Below the pieces are notes generated by a model. The model was given only the letters and a program-made list of their open reading frames with translations. It ran no database searches and was not told where the DNA came from. This document shows, in pieces, positions 38,956-49,097 of a stretch of DNA of 64,000 nucleotides. Made by a program: the position numbers and the translations under genes. Origin of the DNA: Methanobacteriota archaeon (GTDB taxonomy: Archaea > Thermoplasmatota > Poseidoniia > Poseidoniales > Thalassarchaeaceae); contig PANM01000013.1 in assembly GCA_002708385.1 (NCBI GenBank), forward strand, positions 87,359 through 151,358. Reading direction: 5' to 3'. Positions within the stretch are counted from its first letter, which is position 1. Every line of letters begins with the position of its first letter.

Positions 38956-40227
38956 ATGGCCTTTAGGGACCTATTGGTAGGAGCTGTGGAAGTTGATGAC
39001 CCAATTAGTGTCAATCACGGAATGCTGAATCATTCTGAATTGATAAATCACAAGGCTGTAGTATTCAATAATATTCCAGAATCAGATGGCCTTAGGTCGG
39101 CAGTAAATGTCCTCGCTAGAGATCGTTTGTGCGAAATTTTCAATATTAGTCCAGGCGAATTAATCGATGTTCTTGCATGGGCTATGGCTAATCCTTCAGA
39201 ACCCCAATTAGTCGATTCAAATAATGCCCCTGTACTAGAAAATACTCAAGAATGTGTAGACCTCACAAAATTACCAATTCCATGGCACTACCCAGAAGAC
39301 AGAGGGCGATATCAATCCGCTTCTGTCATTATTGCTGAATATCAAGGTGTTAGAAATATGTCATTCCATCGGCAATTTCTTCGAGACGAAAATCATTGCG
39401 TGTCTAGATTTGTGCCAAGGCATCTAAGGACCATGACCGATAAAGCTAGGGCAAATGGAGAAGAAATTGACATTGCTGTAATTAATGGGCCGGACGCTAC
39501 TGTATTACTAGCCGCCGCAATGTCATTTACTCATGACTTAGATGAATTAACTGTTGCTGCAGCGTTGCACGAGAAATTACATGGTAAGCCACTGGAATTA
39601 GTCACATTATCCAATGGTATTGAGGTGCCAGCTGATTCGGAATATGCCATGGAAGCCAAAATTACATTGGCAGACGATGATGAAGGACCATATGTAGACA
39701 TCACTGGAACAGTAGACGATGTTAGGCAAGAACCAGTAATCCAATACGATGCAGTTCATCATAGAAACCAGGCTGTTTTCCACGCCCTTATTCCAGCAGA
39801 GGTTGAACATCGAACATTAATGGGTCTACCTAGGGCACCAACAATCAAAGCAGCGGTCAACGAAGTTGTGCCCTGTTCAGATGTATACATGACAGATGGC
39901 GGAAGCGGATGGTTGTCTGCAGTTGTTGCAATAGAACCCAAGAAAGACGGCGATGGCATGAAGGCAATCAAAGCTGCTCTACATGGTCATGGTTCTATGA
40001 AGCAGGTCACTGTTGTTGATACTGATATTGATTGTTCTAATCCGGTTCGGGTAGAATGGGCATTGATGACAAGATGGCAACCAGACAAAGATACTTTGAT
40101 TTTATCAAATCAAAAAGGCTCAAGTTTAGATCCATCTCGGGGAGAAGACGGGTTGACAAGTAAGATTGGAATCGATGCAACTCTACCTCCTGGAATAGAT
40201 CGTAAACCGTATCAAAGCGTATTATGA
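38956..40227 (+). CDS. UbiD-family prFMN decarboxylase (probable anhydromevalonate-phosphate decarboxylase)
   Basis: [44 protein letters not shown]. Confidence 0.85.
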   Translation: MAFRDLLVGAVEVDDPISVNHGMLNHSELINHKAVVFNNIPESDGLRSAVNVLARDRLCEIFNISPGELIDVLAWAMANPSEPQLVDSNNAPVLENTQECVDLTKLPIPWHYPEDRGRYQSASVIIAEYQGVRNMSFHRQFLRDENHCVSRFVPRHLRTMTDKARANGEEIDIAVINGPDATVLLAAAMSFTHDLDELTVAAALHEKLHGKPLELVTLSNGIEVPADSEYAMEAKITLADDDEGPYVDITGTVDDVRQEPVIQYDAVHHRNQAVFHALIPAEVEHRTLMGLPRAPTIKAAVNEVVPCSDVYMTDGGSGWLSAVVAIEPKKDGDGMKAIKAALHGHGSMKQVTVVDTDIDCSNPVRVEWALMTRWQPDKDTLILSNQKGSSLDPSRGEDGLTSKIGIDATLPPGIDRKPYQSVL

Positions 40228-40236
40228 GGTAGTAAC

Positions 40237-41220
40237 ATGAGGACGGCCGATATCGGTGTAAGCCTCCAACATCCAAGAAGGAGCCTTGGTAACAGGTACA
40301 GAAGCCAAGCAGAGAAATTCTTCAAATTAAATGAAAAAGATATCACAAATTTGTCTTGGGCTGAACAGAGTGCTAGACAAGCAGTCTTACACGATTTTAC
40401 TCATCCAGACAATTGGAGAATTTTACTTGAAATCAAAGTATCATTGCACGATAATGAAGGTATACGGTCTGTACTGGATGAGGTGTTTCTAATCCTAGGA
40501 CGCGATCCCGAACTATTATCCCAAATTAACAAAGATAACTTGTTGGATTCAGCATCAAATTTACTTGAAGCCGCTTTATCAGTAGATCCATTAGATCCAG
40601 ATGATTGGTGGAATTTAACCATGAAAGAAGGAGGTGTTGAGGGTTTCTGTGAGAGAATACGACGGCTAGATTTCACTGACCCTCGTGCAAATATTTTATT
40701 TTCCAGAAGAATGGAAAGATTACTAGAACATGGATTTGAAGAGGAGTATCTTGATTTAACCAAGAAATTACTAGCCCAAAGACCCTCGAATCATGAAGCC
40801 TGGGATAGAATGGGTAAACTCCATGAAAGGAGAAATGAATATGACTTAGCCTGGTTTTGTTATGATCAAGCCCAAGCACATTCCACTAGCCTAAAATCTA
40901 GGGAAGAATTTAGAACAAGAATGGAAGACAAAATTGATGGGCGAACCACAAAACCATGGAAATCACCAGATATATCAGATAGAGTAGAGTTTCTCACCCG
41001 CATGCAATCTTTAGCCGAAAATAAACATCAAGATACGATTTCATCAATTGGTGAAAGCACCGAAGAACAAGGATTAACAGAATTACAAATCGCAGAAGAA
41101 TTGCTGACTAAAGACGGAATTTCTGAGGCATTCTTCATCGCTAGGCGTCTTGCAGCAGAAGGAGATTCGGAAGCTAAATCATTGGCGGAAAGAATTCAAG
41201 AGATGATGAGAAATGAATAG
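40237..41220 (+). CDS. TPR-like helical protein
   Basis: P.NHEAW..MG.L......YDLA..CY TPR pattern. Confidence 0.7.
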   Translation: MRTADIGVSLQHPRRSLGNRYRSQAEKFFKLNEKDITNLSWAEQSARQAVLHDFTHPDNWRILLEIKVSLHDNEGIRSVLDEVFLILGRDPELLSQINKDNLLDSASNLLEAALSVDPLDPDDWWNLTMKEGGVEGFCERIRRLDFTDPRANILFSRRMERLLEHGFEEEYLDLTKKLLAQRPSNHEAWDRMGKLHERRNEYDLAWFCYDQAQAHSTSLKSREEFRTRMEDKIDGRTTKPWKSPDISDRVEFLTRMQSLAENKHQDTISSIGESTEEQGLTELQIAEELLTKDGISEAFFIARRLAAEGDSEAKSLAERIQEMMRNE

Positions 41221-41617
41221 CGAAACGAATTGGGTCGTTGTTTGGGCGGTTCCAACGCAAGAATTAGAAATGCCATGTTGGTTAATGGTTAGACATAAAG
41301 AACGTGGCTGGGAATTACCCGGTGGTTTAATGATAGAAAATGAAACGTATGATATTGCTGCATTAAGGGAACTTTATGAAGAGTCAGGACTTCTAGGTAT
41401 TGCAACAAATTTCGAAACTGATTTAGTCAAAGATGGTGTTGTGGTCAGAGTTATTGTTGACGAAGAACCACAGCCATACGGTTGGGATTCAAATGATGAA
41501 AAAATACTCGAAGTTGGTTGGTGTGTTGACATTCCCGCTGACTTATATTGGGGAGAAGAAGAGATTCAAAAAATAATCAATCATGATTGGAGCGCTTCTA
41601 GTAGTCTTTCGTCCTGA
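41213..41617 (+). CDS. NUDIX hydrolase
   Basis: RGWELPGG....ET...AALRELYEESG Nudix box. Confidence 0.88.
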   Translation: MNSETNWVVVWAVPTQELEMPCWLMVRHKERGWELPGGLMIENETYDIAALRELYEESGLLGIATNFETDLVKDGVVVRVIVDEEPQPYGWDSNDEKILEVGWCVDIPADLYWGEEEIQKIINHDWSASSSLSS

Positions 41618-42531
41618 ATTTTATCCTTCTTTGTGCTTATCGTTTCAATCCAATTTTGATTATTTAGCATAATTGCAGCGTCGATTATCATTCCTAAATC
41701 ATTACGTTCAGTACCGCTCACATCTCTTGATAAAATCGGTATTATATTTTCTATCAATTCTACAACATCTAGTTTGTTGGAAGGTATCCAAGAAGAACCA
41801 GGGGAAGATCGAGGTTGAGCATTTTCAATTCTAACATCCATCCGTGGAGCATCATCTACAACTTCTTCCAAGGCTATATCTAACCATTCGAGGGAAGCTA
41901 CAAGTGATTCCGCCTCCATATTTGATTCGAGAAATAAATGCCTGGCAGTCCATAGGTGCCTCATTGCTGAATCTAGATCTTCCATTGATAACAAAATTCG
42001 ACCGACCTCTAAACGAGATAATCCTCTTATTTCATTGGGGAATCCTGATTCTTTGGTAATGTCAGCATGGACTGCTAAAGCCATCATAACCTCACCACGA
42101 TTACTGTGCCATGTAGCTTGATTTAGCATTGCAATACCATGCAAAGCCGAGTGGGGCGATATTGCATTGAGTCTTTCAGCACACCACCTTAGTTCTGCAC
42201 CAGAAACTTCCTGGCCCTCTAAGGCAAGTAGTGCACGTTCCATTCTAATTCTAACTTCACATTCTAAATCACGTTCCTCACCCGATCTAGAACGTTCCAA
42301 TAGTTCAGAACTTGTCACACTCGCGTTAGCAATATCTCCTTCCATCAACAAGCCCTGTAGCCCAATTAAATCTCGTTGAAGTGGAGTTAATAGAGTTAGA
42401 ATCTCATCGGGCCCAGGTATATTTTCTAAAATCATGCTTGATGCTATTAGAAAGATGGAATCCTTTGGTAGGTCAGAAATTTCAATTACCCCAAGATTTA
42501 ATTTTTCTAAGAGGAGTTTTATGTCATTCAT
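41581..42531 (-). CDS. hypothetical helical-repeat protein
   Basis: 316-aa ORF with GGAGTGA SD; last gene of superoperon. Confidence 0.7.
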   Translation of the reverse strand: MNDIKLLLEKLNLGVIEISDLPKDSIFLIASSMILENIPGPDEILTLLTPLQRDLIGLQGLLMEGDIANASVTSSELLERSRSGEERDLECEVRIRMERALLALEGQEVSGAELRWCAERLNAISPHSALHGIAMLNQATWHSNRGEVMMALAVHADITKESGFPNEIRGLSRLEVGRILLSMEDLDSAMRHLWTARHLFLESNMEAESLVASLEWLDIALEEVVDDAPRMDVRIENAQPRSSPGSSWIPSNKLDVVELIENIIPILSRDVSGTERNDLGMIIDAAIMLNNQNWIETISTKKDKIQDERLLEALQS

Positions 42532-42542
42532 TTTATCACTCC

Positions 42543-43517
42543 TTATGCTAGATTCGCCAATATAATTGATTCCAATTCAACTTCATCACAGATTCCTGAC
42601 CAACCGGCTGCACCAGGGTGCCCACCACCCTCTCCACCCAATCTATTGGCTAAATTTTCCATAAATTTACCCAAATCAATACCCTTTTTTGTAGCTGTTT
42701 GACTAGCCCTAGCACTTAATCTAACATTATCTGATTGTCTTTTGTAAACGAATGCAGCATGTGCTCCAGATGATAGTAAAGCGTGGGCAACTAATCCTTC
42801 ATTGGTACCAGCCCTAGTAATTGCAACCATAAATTCCCCAACCTCTGATATTTTAGAACGGGAGACTGCTTTGTGGATTGATATTCTTTGAGAGTGATTC
42901 AAATCTTCACTTTCCATTTTTTCTATAATGTCGACAGGGTTTACTCCGGATAATTCACTTATTTCGGACACTCTCTTATGGCAACCAGGCCTAGAATGCT
43001 TGAATCGACCAGTATCAGATATGATTGCTGACAAAAGGAGGGAACCCTGATTTGGGCTAGGTTCAAGATTTTCTAATTTCATCCACTCCCAAATCATTTC
43101 TGCAGTTGAAGAACAATCCCCAATTAACTCAAGGGTTTCTTTAGGCCAATCATCAGATGCAGCAGAGTGATGATCAACGACACAAATAGGGACGTCTGGG
43201 AGCCGGAAACCAACCTGACTAGGTGAAGCACAATCGACAATTATCAAACCGGCCAATGTGCGAGGAAAAACCGGTCTCTTTGGGTCAATGTGGAAGAAGT
43301 TATAGTCAACCTCATCGAGCATCTTTTTTGCCAAACCACCCATGTAAATACCACAAGTTTTGGAGTCCGCTGATATAGCAGAACATAGCACAATTCCAGA
43401 ACCAATGGTATCCATATCACCATTTTTATGAGTGATTATTGCTATTGGCCCATTTGAAGAATATTTTTCTAACCAATCACTCAATTGGGACATATCTATT
43501 GACATCAAAACCCTCAA
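42543..43517 (-). CDS. DHH/DHHA1 phosphoesterase
   Basis: THKNGDMD, VDC, VDHH, DTGRF, GGGHPGAAG; canonical position after pfdB. Confidence 0.9.
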   Translation of the reverse strand: MRVLMSIDMSQLSDWLEKYSSNGPIAIITHKNGDMDTIGSGIVLCSAISADSKTCGIYMGGLAKKMLDEVDYNFFHIDPKRPVFPRTLAGLIIVDCASPSQVGFRLPDVPICVVDHHSAASDDWPKETLELIGDCSSTAEMIWEWMKLENLEPSPNQGSLLLSAIISDTGRFKHSRPGCHKRVSEISELSGVNPVDIIEKMESEDLNHSQRISIHKAVSRSKISEVGEFMVAITRAGTNEGLVAHALLSSGAHAAFVYKRQSDNVRLSARASQTATKKGIDLGKFMENLANRLGGEGGGHPGAAGWSGICDEVELESIILANLA

Positions 43518-43820
43518 TCAATCAGCGTTTTCTGTGGCAACTTTGTACTCAGCAAGTAACTCTTCTTCTCTTTCGTTCAAATTACTTAGATGAGTTTCAA
43601 GTGTTTCTTTAGTTGATCCCAAATCATCCCCGAGGGATTCCCTATCTTCAACTTCCAATAGTACACCGCCAAGAGCACGGTAAACCGCCCTGTCTGGAGA
43701 TTGATTATTTAGCGCCTCTATAGTCAAGGATACCTCGTTGTATTGTGCTGTTAAAGATTGGATTTGGCTTCGAATAATCTGTAATTCTTGAACGATGCTT
43801 TGAAGTTGTTGTTGTTCCAT
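43518..43820 (-). CDS. pfdB: prefoldin beta subunit
   Basis: Coiled coils flanking VYRALGGVLLE hairpin; synteny. Confidence 0.9.
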   Translation of the reverse strand: MEQQQLQSIVQELQIIRSQIQSLTAQYNEVSLTIEALNNQSPDRAVYRALGGVLLEVEDRESLGDDLGSTKETLETHLSNLNEREEELLAEYKVATENAD

Positions 43821-43833
43821 GTAGGTTCACCCC

Positions 43834-44052
43834 TTACTCTACTGATTTTAATGCGTCGTGAGCAGCGGCAAGTCCTCTCATTACGGTATTCCAACGTGCT
43901 CTCATATCTACGAATAACGGCTCGAATTCTTCAACAATAATCATATCTTGGTTAAGACTAACTTCCGCTTCTGTAGTTAATGCAGCAAACAAAGAATTAG
44001 CATATTTGCTGGTGACTCGCAAAGATAAGTTGAGTGGTTCACTCTTCTTCAT
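43834..44052 (-). CDS. pcc1: probable KEOPS subunit Pcc1 (divergent)
   Basis: A..LF.AL..E and D.RA..N...R.L..A pattern; canonical position between rpl37ae and pfdB. Confidence 0.6.
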   Translation of the reverse strand: MKKSEPLNLSLRVTSKYANSLFAALTTEAEVSLNQDMIIVEEFEPLFVDMRARWNTVMRGLAAAHDALKSVE

Positions 44053-44404
44053 CGCTGACATTTTCTTCACCAGCTAACTTGCGTTCGTATTCCAAGGCTG
44101 CTTGTTGAGCAATCACAGTCATGTCAGTGGCTGTGGCACCTTCCATGCCACGCCTGATTACTCGGGTATTGGCATCGGTAGCACGAGTAAATGGTTCCCA
44201 AACACCGCCTGAAAATTTATGACCGCATTTTTTGCATTCCCATATACCTGCTACTTGACGCGTTACCTTTTGGTAATGGCATACCGGACATGTATAATTT
44301 CGAGACTTCTTCTTTAGCGCTGCCCCTGCCCTTCTTCGTACACTTACACCATATCGTGAACCATACTTTGCAGTAGCACCGAGTTTTTGAGTTCTCTTTG
44401 CCAT
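44039..44404 (-). CDS. rpl37ae: 50S ribosomal protein eL43 (L37ae) with C-terminal extension
   Basis: KYGSRYG, CPVC, GIWECKKCG..F.GG. Confidence 0.95.
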   Translation of the reverse strand: MAKRTQKLGATAKYGSRYGVSVRRRAGAALKKKSRNYTCPVCHYQKVTRQVAGIWECKKCGHKFSGGVWEPFTRATDANTRVIRRGMEGATATDMTVIAQQAALEYERKLAGEENVSDEEE

Positions 44405-44405
44405 T

Positions 44406-45200
44406 TCACTCACCTTCTAATTTTTCGTTCACTAAATCTCGGAGTTCGGCACATCTTGAGCGGGCCTCATCCATGATGTCAGCGAATTCGGCGGCCGTGA
44501 AGATTCCCTTTAGACCCTTCTGCAATGAATGGACGTGATCATCATCACCCAAGGTTATGTGTATCCTTTCATCACCACCGAGTTCTTCTCTCTTGTCGGC
44601 ATCATATACAAATCTGCCACCGACCTTATGGTAAGAACACATTATAGGAGTCTTGGATACCTCTAATGGCATATCTTCTCCAACTTCAAATCTCTCAGCA
44701 GGGACAGTTGCACTGCGAAGAGCAGCAATTGCTGCAAGTCCAAATGCATCGAATAAATTACCATCATCCGATACTGCAAATACGTCAAGGATAACCTGCC
44801 AAGCTTTTTCTCCCGGAATGATGCACAAATCTTCGGTATTAATACAACCTGATTCCCTAATTCCCCTGTCCACAACTCGACCAAGTTCGATCGATTCGGC
44901 ACTAGGCGGTCCTGCTTCCCAATTTCTACCGGCTACCGGTCTGACTTCAGCACTGCACATGAGACCGCCTTCATTAGGTCGGTCGGGGTAAGGTGTCATG
45001 ATCTGAAATTTGACGCCAGCTAATACAATAGTGTCCCCCATTCTTACTCTAGCTGAACCCTCTGCACGTGGTAGACAATTGATTTCTAATTCTACATCTC
45101 GTCCTTCAAATCTCTGACGACCGTCATGCCTCTTGTCTTCGAGTGCTAATTCTGCTAGATGAGAGCGTAGTAATTTAGGCACTAATGGTATGCTCATCAT
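44406..45200 (-). CDS. rrp42: exosome subunit Rrp42
   Basis: AEGSA.V..G.T, PYPDRP, ELGRVVDRGIRES, DDGNLFDA. Confidence 0.95.
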   Translation of the reverse strand: MMSIPLVPKLLRSHLAELALEDKRHDGRQRFEGRDVELEINCLPRAEGSARVRMGDTIVLAGVKFQIMTPYPDRPNEGGLMCSAEVRPVAGRNWEAGPPSAESIELGRVVDRGIRESGCINTEDLCIIPGEKAWQVILDVFAVSDDGNLFDAFGLAAIAALRSATVPAERFEVGEDMPLEVSKTPIMCSYHKVGGRFVYDADKREELGGDERIHITLGDDDHVHSLQKGLKGIFTAAEFADIMDEARSRCAELRDLVNEKLEGE

Positions 45201-45913
45201 TCATCGCCTCCCTTTAGCGCTCTAACCATCTCTTCATGTATCACCTTAGCAGCTTCCATATTGTAGTCCCATGCTTCTTGGAATTGTTCAGGAGATAAGT
45301 CTCCATCCATCTGTAAGAAAACTAATTCGCCAGTATTCGGCAAAATACCCATTGGTAGATCTGCTTCACCATAATTGTCCTCTTCTTTGTTGAGGTCACA
45401 AACTACTATGTCGTGAACTTTTCCACTAGCAACTGAAACCACCATATCAGTCATCGGAATTCCTGCATGAGCAAGGGCGACGGATGCTGCAGTTATTCCC
45501 GCACATCGTGTACCAGCTTCAGCACAAATAATCTCTATTTCAACTCGGATTTTACTTCTTGGATAAAGTTCCGTAAGTACAACACTCTCCAATGCTTCTG
45601 CAGTTACTTTCGAAATTTCTCTACTTCGGCGATTAAATCCAGGTCGGATTCTGTCAGTGGTTGAAAACGGCGCCATATTATACCGGACGTCTAAGACGGC
45701 CCTATCTTGCCGTTGGATCTTTCTCGGGTGGGCTTCCATTGGCCCGTATACTGCAGCAATGCAGTCATTCAGTCCCCAGCGAATTCTTGCTGAACCGTCG
45801 GCTACTGGAATAACTCCTGTTTCTATTGATACCGGACGAACCTCATCTTTTGTTCTACCATCTAGGCGTATTCCGTTATCATCTATACACTGTACATCTC
45901 CATATCCGCCCAT
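45197..45913 (-). CDS. rrp41: exosome catalytic subunit Rrp41
   Basis: RLDGR, YNMAPFST..R, RR..EISKV, AGTRCA, D..KEED. Confidence 0.96.
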   Translation of the reverse strand: MGGYGDVQCIDDNGIRLDGRTKDEVRPVSIETGVIPVADGSARIRWGLNDCIAAVYGPMEAHPRKIQRQDRAVLDVRYNMAPFSTTDRIRPGFNRRSREISKVTAEALESVVLTELYPRSKIRVEIEIICAEAGTRCAGITAASVALAHAGIPMTDMVVSVASGKVHDIVVCDLNKEEDNYGEADLPMGILPNTGELVFLQMDGDLSPEQFQEAWDYNMEAAKVIHEEMVRALKGGDE

Positions 45914-46590
45914 CAGGCATCACCTCCAAATTCTTCTACCTTAGCTTCGGTTAGTAAAGCGTTTAATCGATCTCTGGCATTAATGATACCATCTAGGTCA
46001 CCATCAATCCAAACGCGACCATTGTCACCAGCAACTACTCTACATTCTGTATCTTCCTTGAGTTGGCGTAGATTATTTCCACCTCGGCCGATTAGTCTAC
46101 CGAGTAAGTGTGGATCAATTTCTTCAACGCTTCCAGAGCGAATTGCGCGCAGACCCATGCCTTTCATCGTCACAACGCTAGAATGATTTTCTTCTACTTC
46201 TTGAACGCGGCATAGAATAGCATCTCCAATATCCAGAACCTTTCTTATTCCACCGAATTCAGCCTTAGAAGGACCGAGACTCATTGGTAAAATAGCGTTG
46301 AAAGGTGCTCCGATATCGATGAACCAGATATTACTGGTACAACCTTCGATATATCCTATCACCAAATCGCTAGGCCGGGGCACATAGGATGTGCGCCGTG
46401 GCTCTATCGAGACGGTACCGCCCCGATTGTTCATTCTTCCTTGCTTCAAAGCACGAAGTCGGCCGTTAATGGCCAGGACACCGTGTCCTGCTTCGTACTC
46501 CCCAGAATCGCCTAGGTCGTCCCCAGGGGCGACAAGCAGGGGTGCTTGTCGGGATCTACGCGGTCCGTCCGCGCCATTGTCTCCACTCAT
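45913..46590 (-). CDS. rrp4: exosome RNA-binding subunit Rrp4 (start uncertain)
   Basis: V.PGD, YVP...DLVIG S1 domain, LIGRGG KH, G.NGRVWI. Confidence 0.92.
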   Translation of the reverse strand: MSGDNGADGPRRSRQAPLLVAPGDDLGDSGEYEAGHGVLAINGRLRALKQGRMNNRGGTVSIEPRRTSYVPRPSDLVIGYIEGCTSNIWFIDIGAPFNAILPMSLGPSKAEFGGIRKVLDIGDAILCRVQEVEENHSSVVTMKGMGLRAIRSGSVEEIDPHLLGRLIGRGGNNLRQLKEDTECRVVAGDNGRVWIDGDLDGIINARDRLNALLTEAKVEEFGGDA

Positions 46591-46665
46591 GTTATCGAGC
46601 CGCGCGACCGACCCACCATTCATAACCATATATGCTCACACCTACGGTGTGTCTAAAGATGAAAA

Positions 46666-47355
46666 CTAATCCAATTCCTTCACATCAAGGCCTGAGCTTC
46701 TTTTTGCCACCCTACTTATCAAATCTGATTTCATACCACCAGGACATTCTACAACGCAAGCCCACGAACCATCGGCCAACCACTCTTCCCTTTGAATAGA
46801 GTCTCTAATCAATTGGTACACACCACCGTAATCCTTACCTTGAATTCTAAAAGCCAATCTAACAGTAATAAATTGAAGTGGAATTAATGCTCTTATTGCA
46901 TCTACAGCATTCTGAACCTGGCGCTCAACCGACAGAAATGGATCCACACTAAAACGAGCCTCAGCAAGTGCATTTTCGATTCTAGTTGGTGGATGTGGAC
47001 CTCGTGTTTTTGGATCGGTGGCTGTAGTAGCGATTGCATTAACGATTTGTTTCCGTTTTGTTTCTACCATTTTTTTCCTTTGAACAGTCGTTAATTGAAT
47101 AGTGCCTTCTCTGAGGATTTTATCAACGCATACGATTAATTCAACACTACCAAAGATATTCTCTAACGCATCAGAAGTGGGGCGGTCACCTGATTTAACA
47201 TCTGACCAAACTTCATCTGTAGCCAACAAATCTTCAATGATAACAGCATCATTATTCTCTTTCCACTGTGCTACCAGTTCCGGGTCTACAAGAATCTCGA
47301 AGCGATTCCCGCCTTTCTCGAGACGGGCTATGACAGCATCATCGAGACTAACCAT
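46666..47355 (-). CDS. ribosome maturation factor SBDS/Sdo1
   Basis: MVSLDDAVIARL, RFEILVDP, G.IQLT..QR, PHPP.RIE.A. Confidence 0.94.
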   Translation of the reverse strand: MVSLDDAVIARLEKGGNRFEILVDPELVAQWKENNDAVIIEDLLATDEVWSDVKSGDRPTSDALENIFGSVELIVCVDKILREGTIQLTTVQRKKMVETKRKQIVNAIATTATDPKTRGPHPPTRIENALAEARFSVDPFLSVERQVQNAVDAIRALIPLQFITVRLAFRIQGKDYGGVYQLIRDSIQREEWLADGSWACVVECPGGMKSDLISRVAKRSSGLDVKELD

Positions 47356-47406
47356 GAATCGGGAGGGAGACATTAGCCCTTAGAACAATCGGGATGAGAT
47401 TCCCAA

Positions 47407-48117
47407 TTAGTTAAGCTTGGTTAGGTGTGAAAGTGTGGCTTCTTTGTCCAATTTTGTGTATCCATTTCCGTCTACAACAGCAATCTCCACAGCATCGTGG
47501 TTCAAATCTTCTTCGATTGAATCCCTGAGGGCTTCCAAGCCCATCTTTATCGCTGCATTTTGTGTCATGTTTTCTTTCCATTTCGATTCAAAATGGTCTA
47601 TTACGGTTGAACGGCCACGACCAATAGCACCGGCGTGGTATGACTGATACGCACCTGATGGGTCTGTCTCAAACAGATGCACACCATCAGCGTCAACACC
47701 TGCGATTAACAATGCTGTACCAAAGGGTCTTGCTCCACCATATTGTGTGAATGATTGCATGTAATCACACATTTTTTTGACAAGTGTAGTTACAGGTATA
47801 GCGTCTCCATAAGTCATCCGGTTAACTTGACATTGAACTCGAGCTCTGTCAACCAGTTGTCGAGCATCTGCAACTAGTCCAGAAGTTGTGAACCCAACAT
47901 GATTGTCGATTTGGTACATCTTTTCGATAGAATCAATGATTACCAATTTACTGGAAATTCTTTTGTCGACAATTAATACAACTCCATCACGAAATTTTAG
48001 ACCAACTGTTGTTGTGCCTCTTTTTACTGATTCACGAGCATACTCTACTTGGTATAGACGTCCGTCTGGTGAAAAGGTCGATACTCCATGGTCATATCCT
48101 CGTCCGCTCGGCTGCAT
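47407..48117 (-). CDS. psmA: proteasome alpha subunit
   Basis: GYD...STFSPDGRLYQVEYARE, SGLVADAR, TQYGGARPFG, ETDPSG. Confidence 0.97.
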   Translation of the reverse strand: MQPSGRGYDHGVSTFSPDGRLYQVEYARESVKRGTTTVGLKFRDGVVLIVDKRISSKLVIIDSIEKMYQIDNHVGFTTSGLVADARQLVDRARVQCQVNRMTYGDAIPVTTLVKKMCDYMQSFTQYGGARPFGTALLIAGVDADGVHLFETDPSGAYQSYHAGAIGRGRSTVIDHFESKWKENMTQNAAIKMGLEALRDSIEEDLNHDAVEIAVVDGNGYTKLDKEATLSHLTKLN

Positions 48118-48264
48118 TACAATCGTAATTCTCCTGAGCCGGCCTCTTATCAACCTTGACCGCAATGCTGTCTGGTGATTTGCAGAATGGTATAACCTGA
48201 AATTTACAAGATCGGGATTTAGTTGAATAGGCTAATTGATTGCTAGGGACTAGTTCGGAAGTCC

Positions 48265-49032
48265 GTGCGCGTTGCTATCTTAGCCTCAGGAGGAAAAGAT
48301 TCCACCTATGCTTGCTGGTGGGCTATCATGCAAGGATGGAAGGTCGAGGCTCTGATTACTATCCACATAACTAATGACGATTCTATGATGTTCCAAATCC
48401 CTAACACTTCAATTGCAGGACTTCAAGCATACTCTATGGGTGTGCCTTGGTTGCCGATTTTATCAGATGGTAAGCAAGAAGAGGAGATTTCTGATTTGGA
48501 AAATGGAATAAATGGCCATACTGACGTACAGGATGCGTTTGAACGAGTTGTTTTCGATACCGAAGTTATCGAGTTTTCTGATGACTTACACTTACAATTA
48601 TCAGTTTTGGAAATCGATGCGCTTGTAGTAGGAGCGCTTCGTTCGGACTACCAAAAAACAAGGATTGAACGTATGTGTGAAAAAATTGGGATAATCTCGT
48701 ACTGCCCACTTTGGCATCATGAACCAAAAGAACATATGCAATCCTTGGTAGAACATGGATTCGATGTTCGTATTGTTTCCGTATCAACCGATGGTTTAGG
48801 GCAGGAATGGCTAGGGAAACAAATCACTCAACAATCCCTCAAAGACCTCATAAAAATTTCCACCAAATTCAGATTCAACTTAGACGGAGAGGGTGGGGAG
48901 TTTGAGACGATTGTAGTTGACGCCCCGCATATGAGTCAATCAATCGAGGTTTCGGGCCACTCCGAATGGAAAGGAAATAGAGGAACTTGGATTCTAGATT
49001 CAGCAACAATTTCTAAATTCCAACCATCCTAA
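48265..49032 (+). CDS. dph6: diphthine--ammonia ligase
   Basis: SGGKDS, SMMF, GA..SDYQK.R, PLW, GEGGEFET.V. Confidence 0.9.
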   Translation: MRVAILASGGKDSTYACWWAIMQGWKVEALITIHITNDDSMMFQIPNTSIAGLQAYSMGVPWLPILSDGKQEEEISDLENGINGHTDVQDAFERVVFDTEVIEFSDDLHLQLSVLEIDALVVGALRSDYQKTRIERMCEKIGIISYCPLWHHEPKEHMQSLVEHGFDVRIVSVSTDGLGQEWLGKQITQQSLKDLIKISTKFRFNLDGEGGEFETIVVDAPHMSQSIEVSGHSEWKGNRGTWILDSATISKFQPS

Positions 49033-49097
49033 CCGGGACCTTAGGCATCCGCTAGCCTCAAGGGGGGTAGTCAAGTCGAAGGCACACGGGGAACACA

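Noticed and set aside
38826-39014. 63-aa N-terminal extension of uS12 in the ORF track
   Set aside because: Spans the divergent promoter region and overlaps ubiD; the true start lies near 38825
41581-48117. Proteasome-exosome-prefoldin-L37ae superoperon as a novel system
   Set aside because: Well-known conserved archaeal gene neighbourhood
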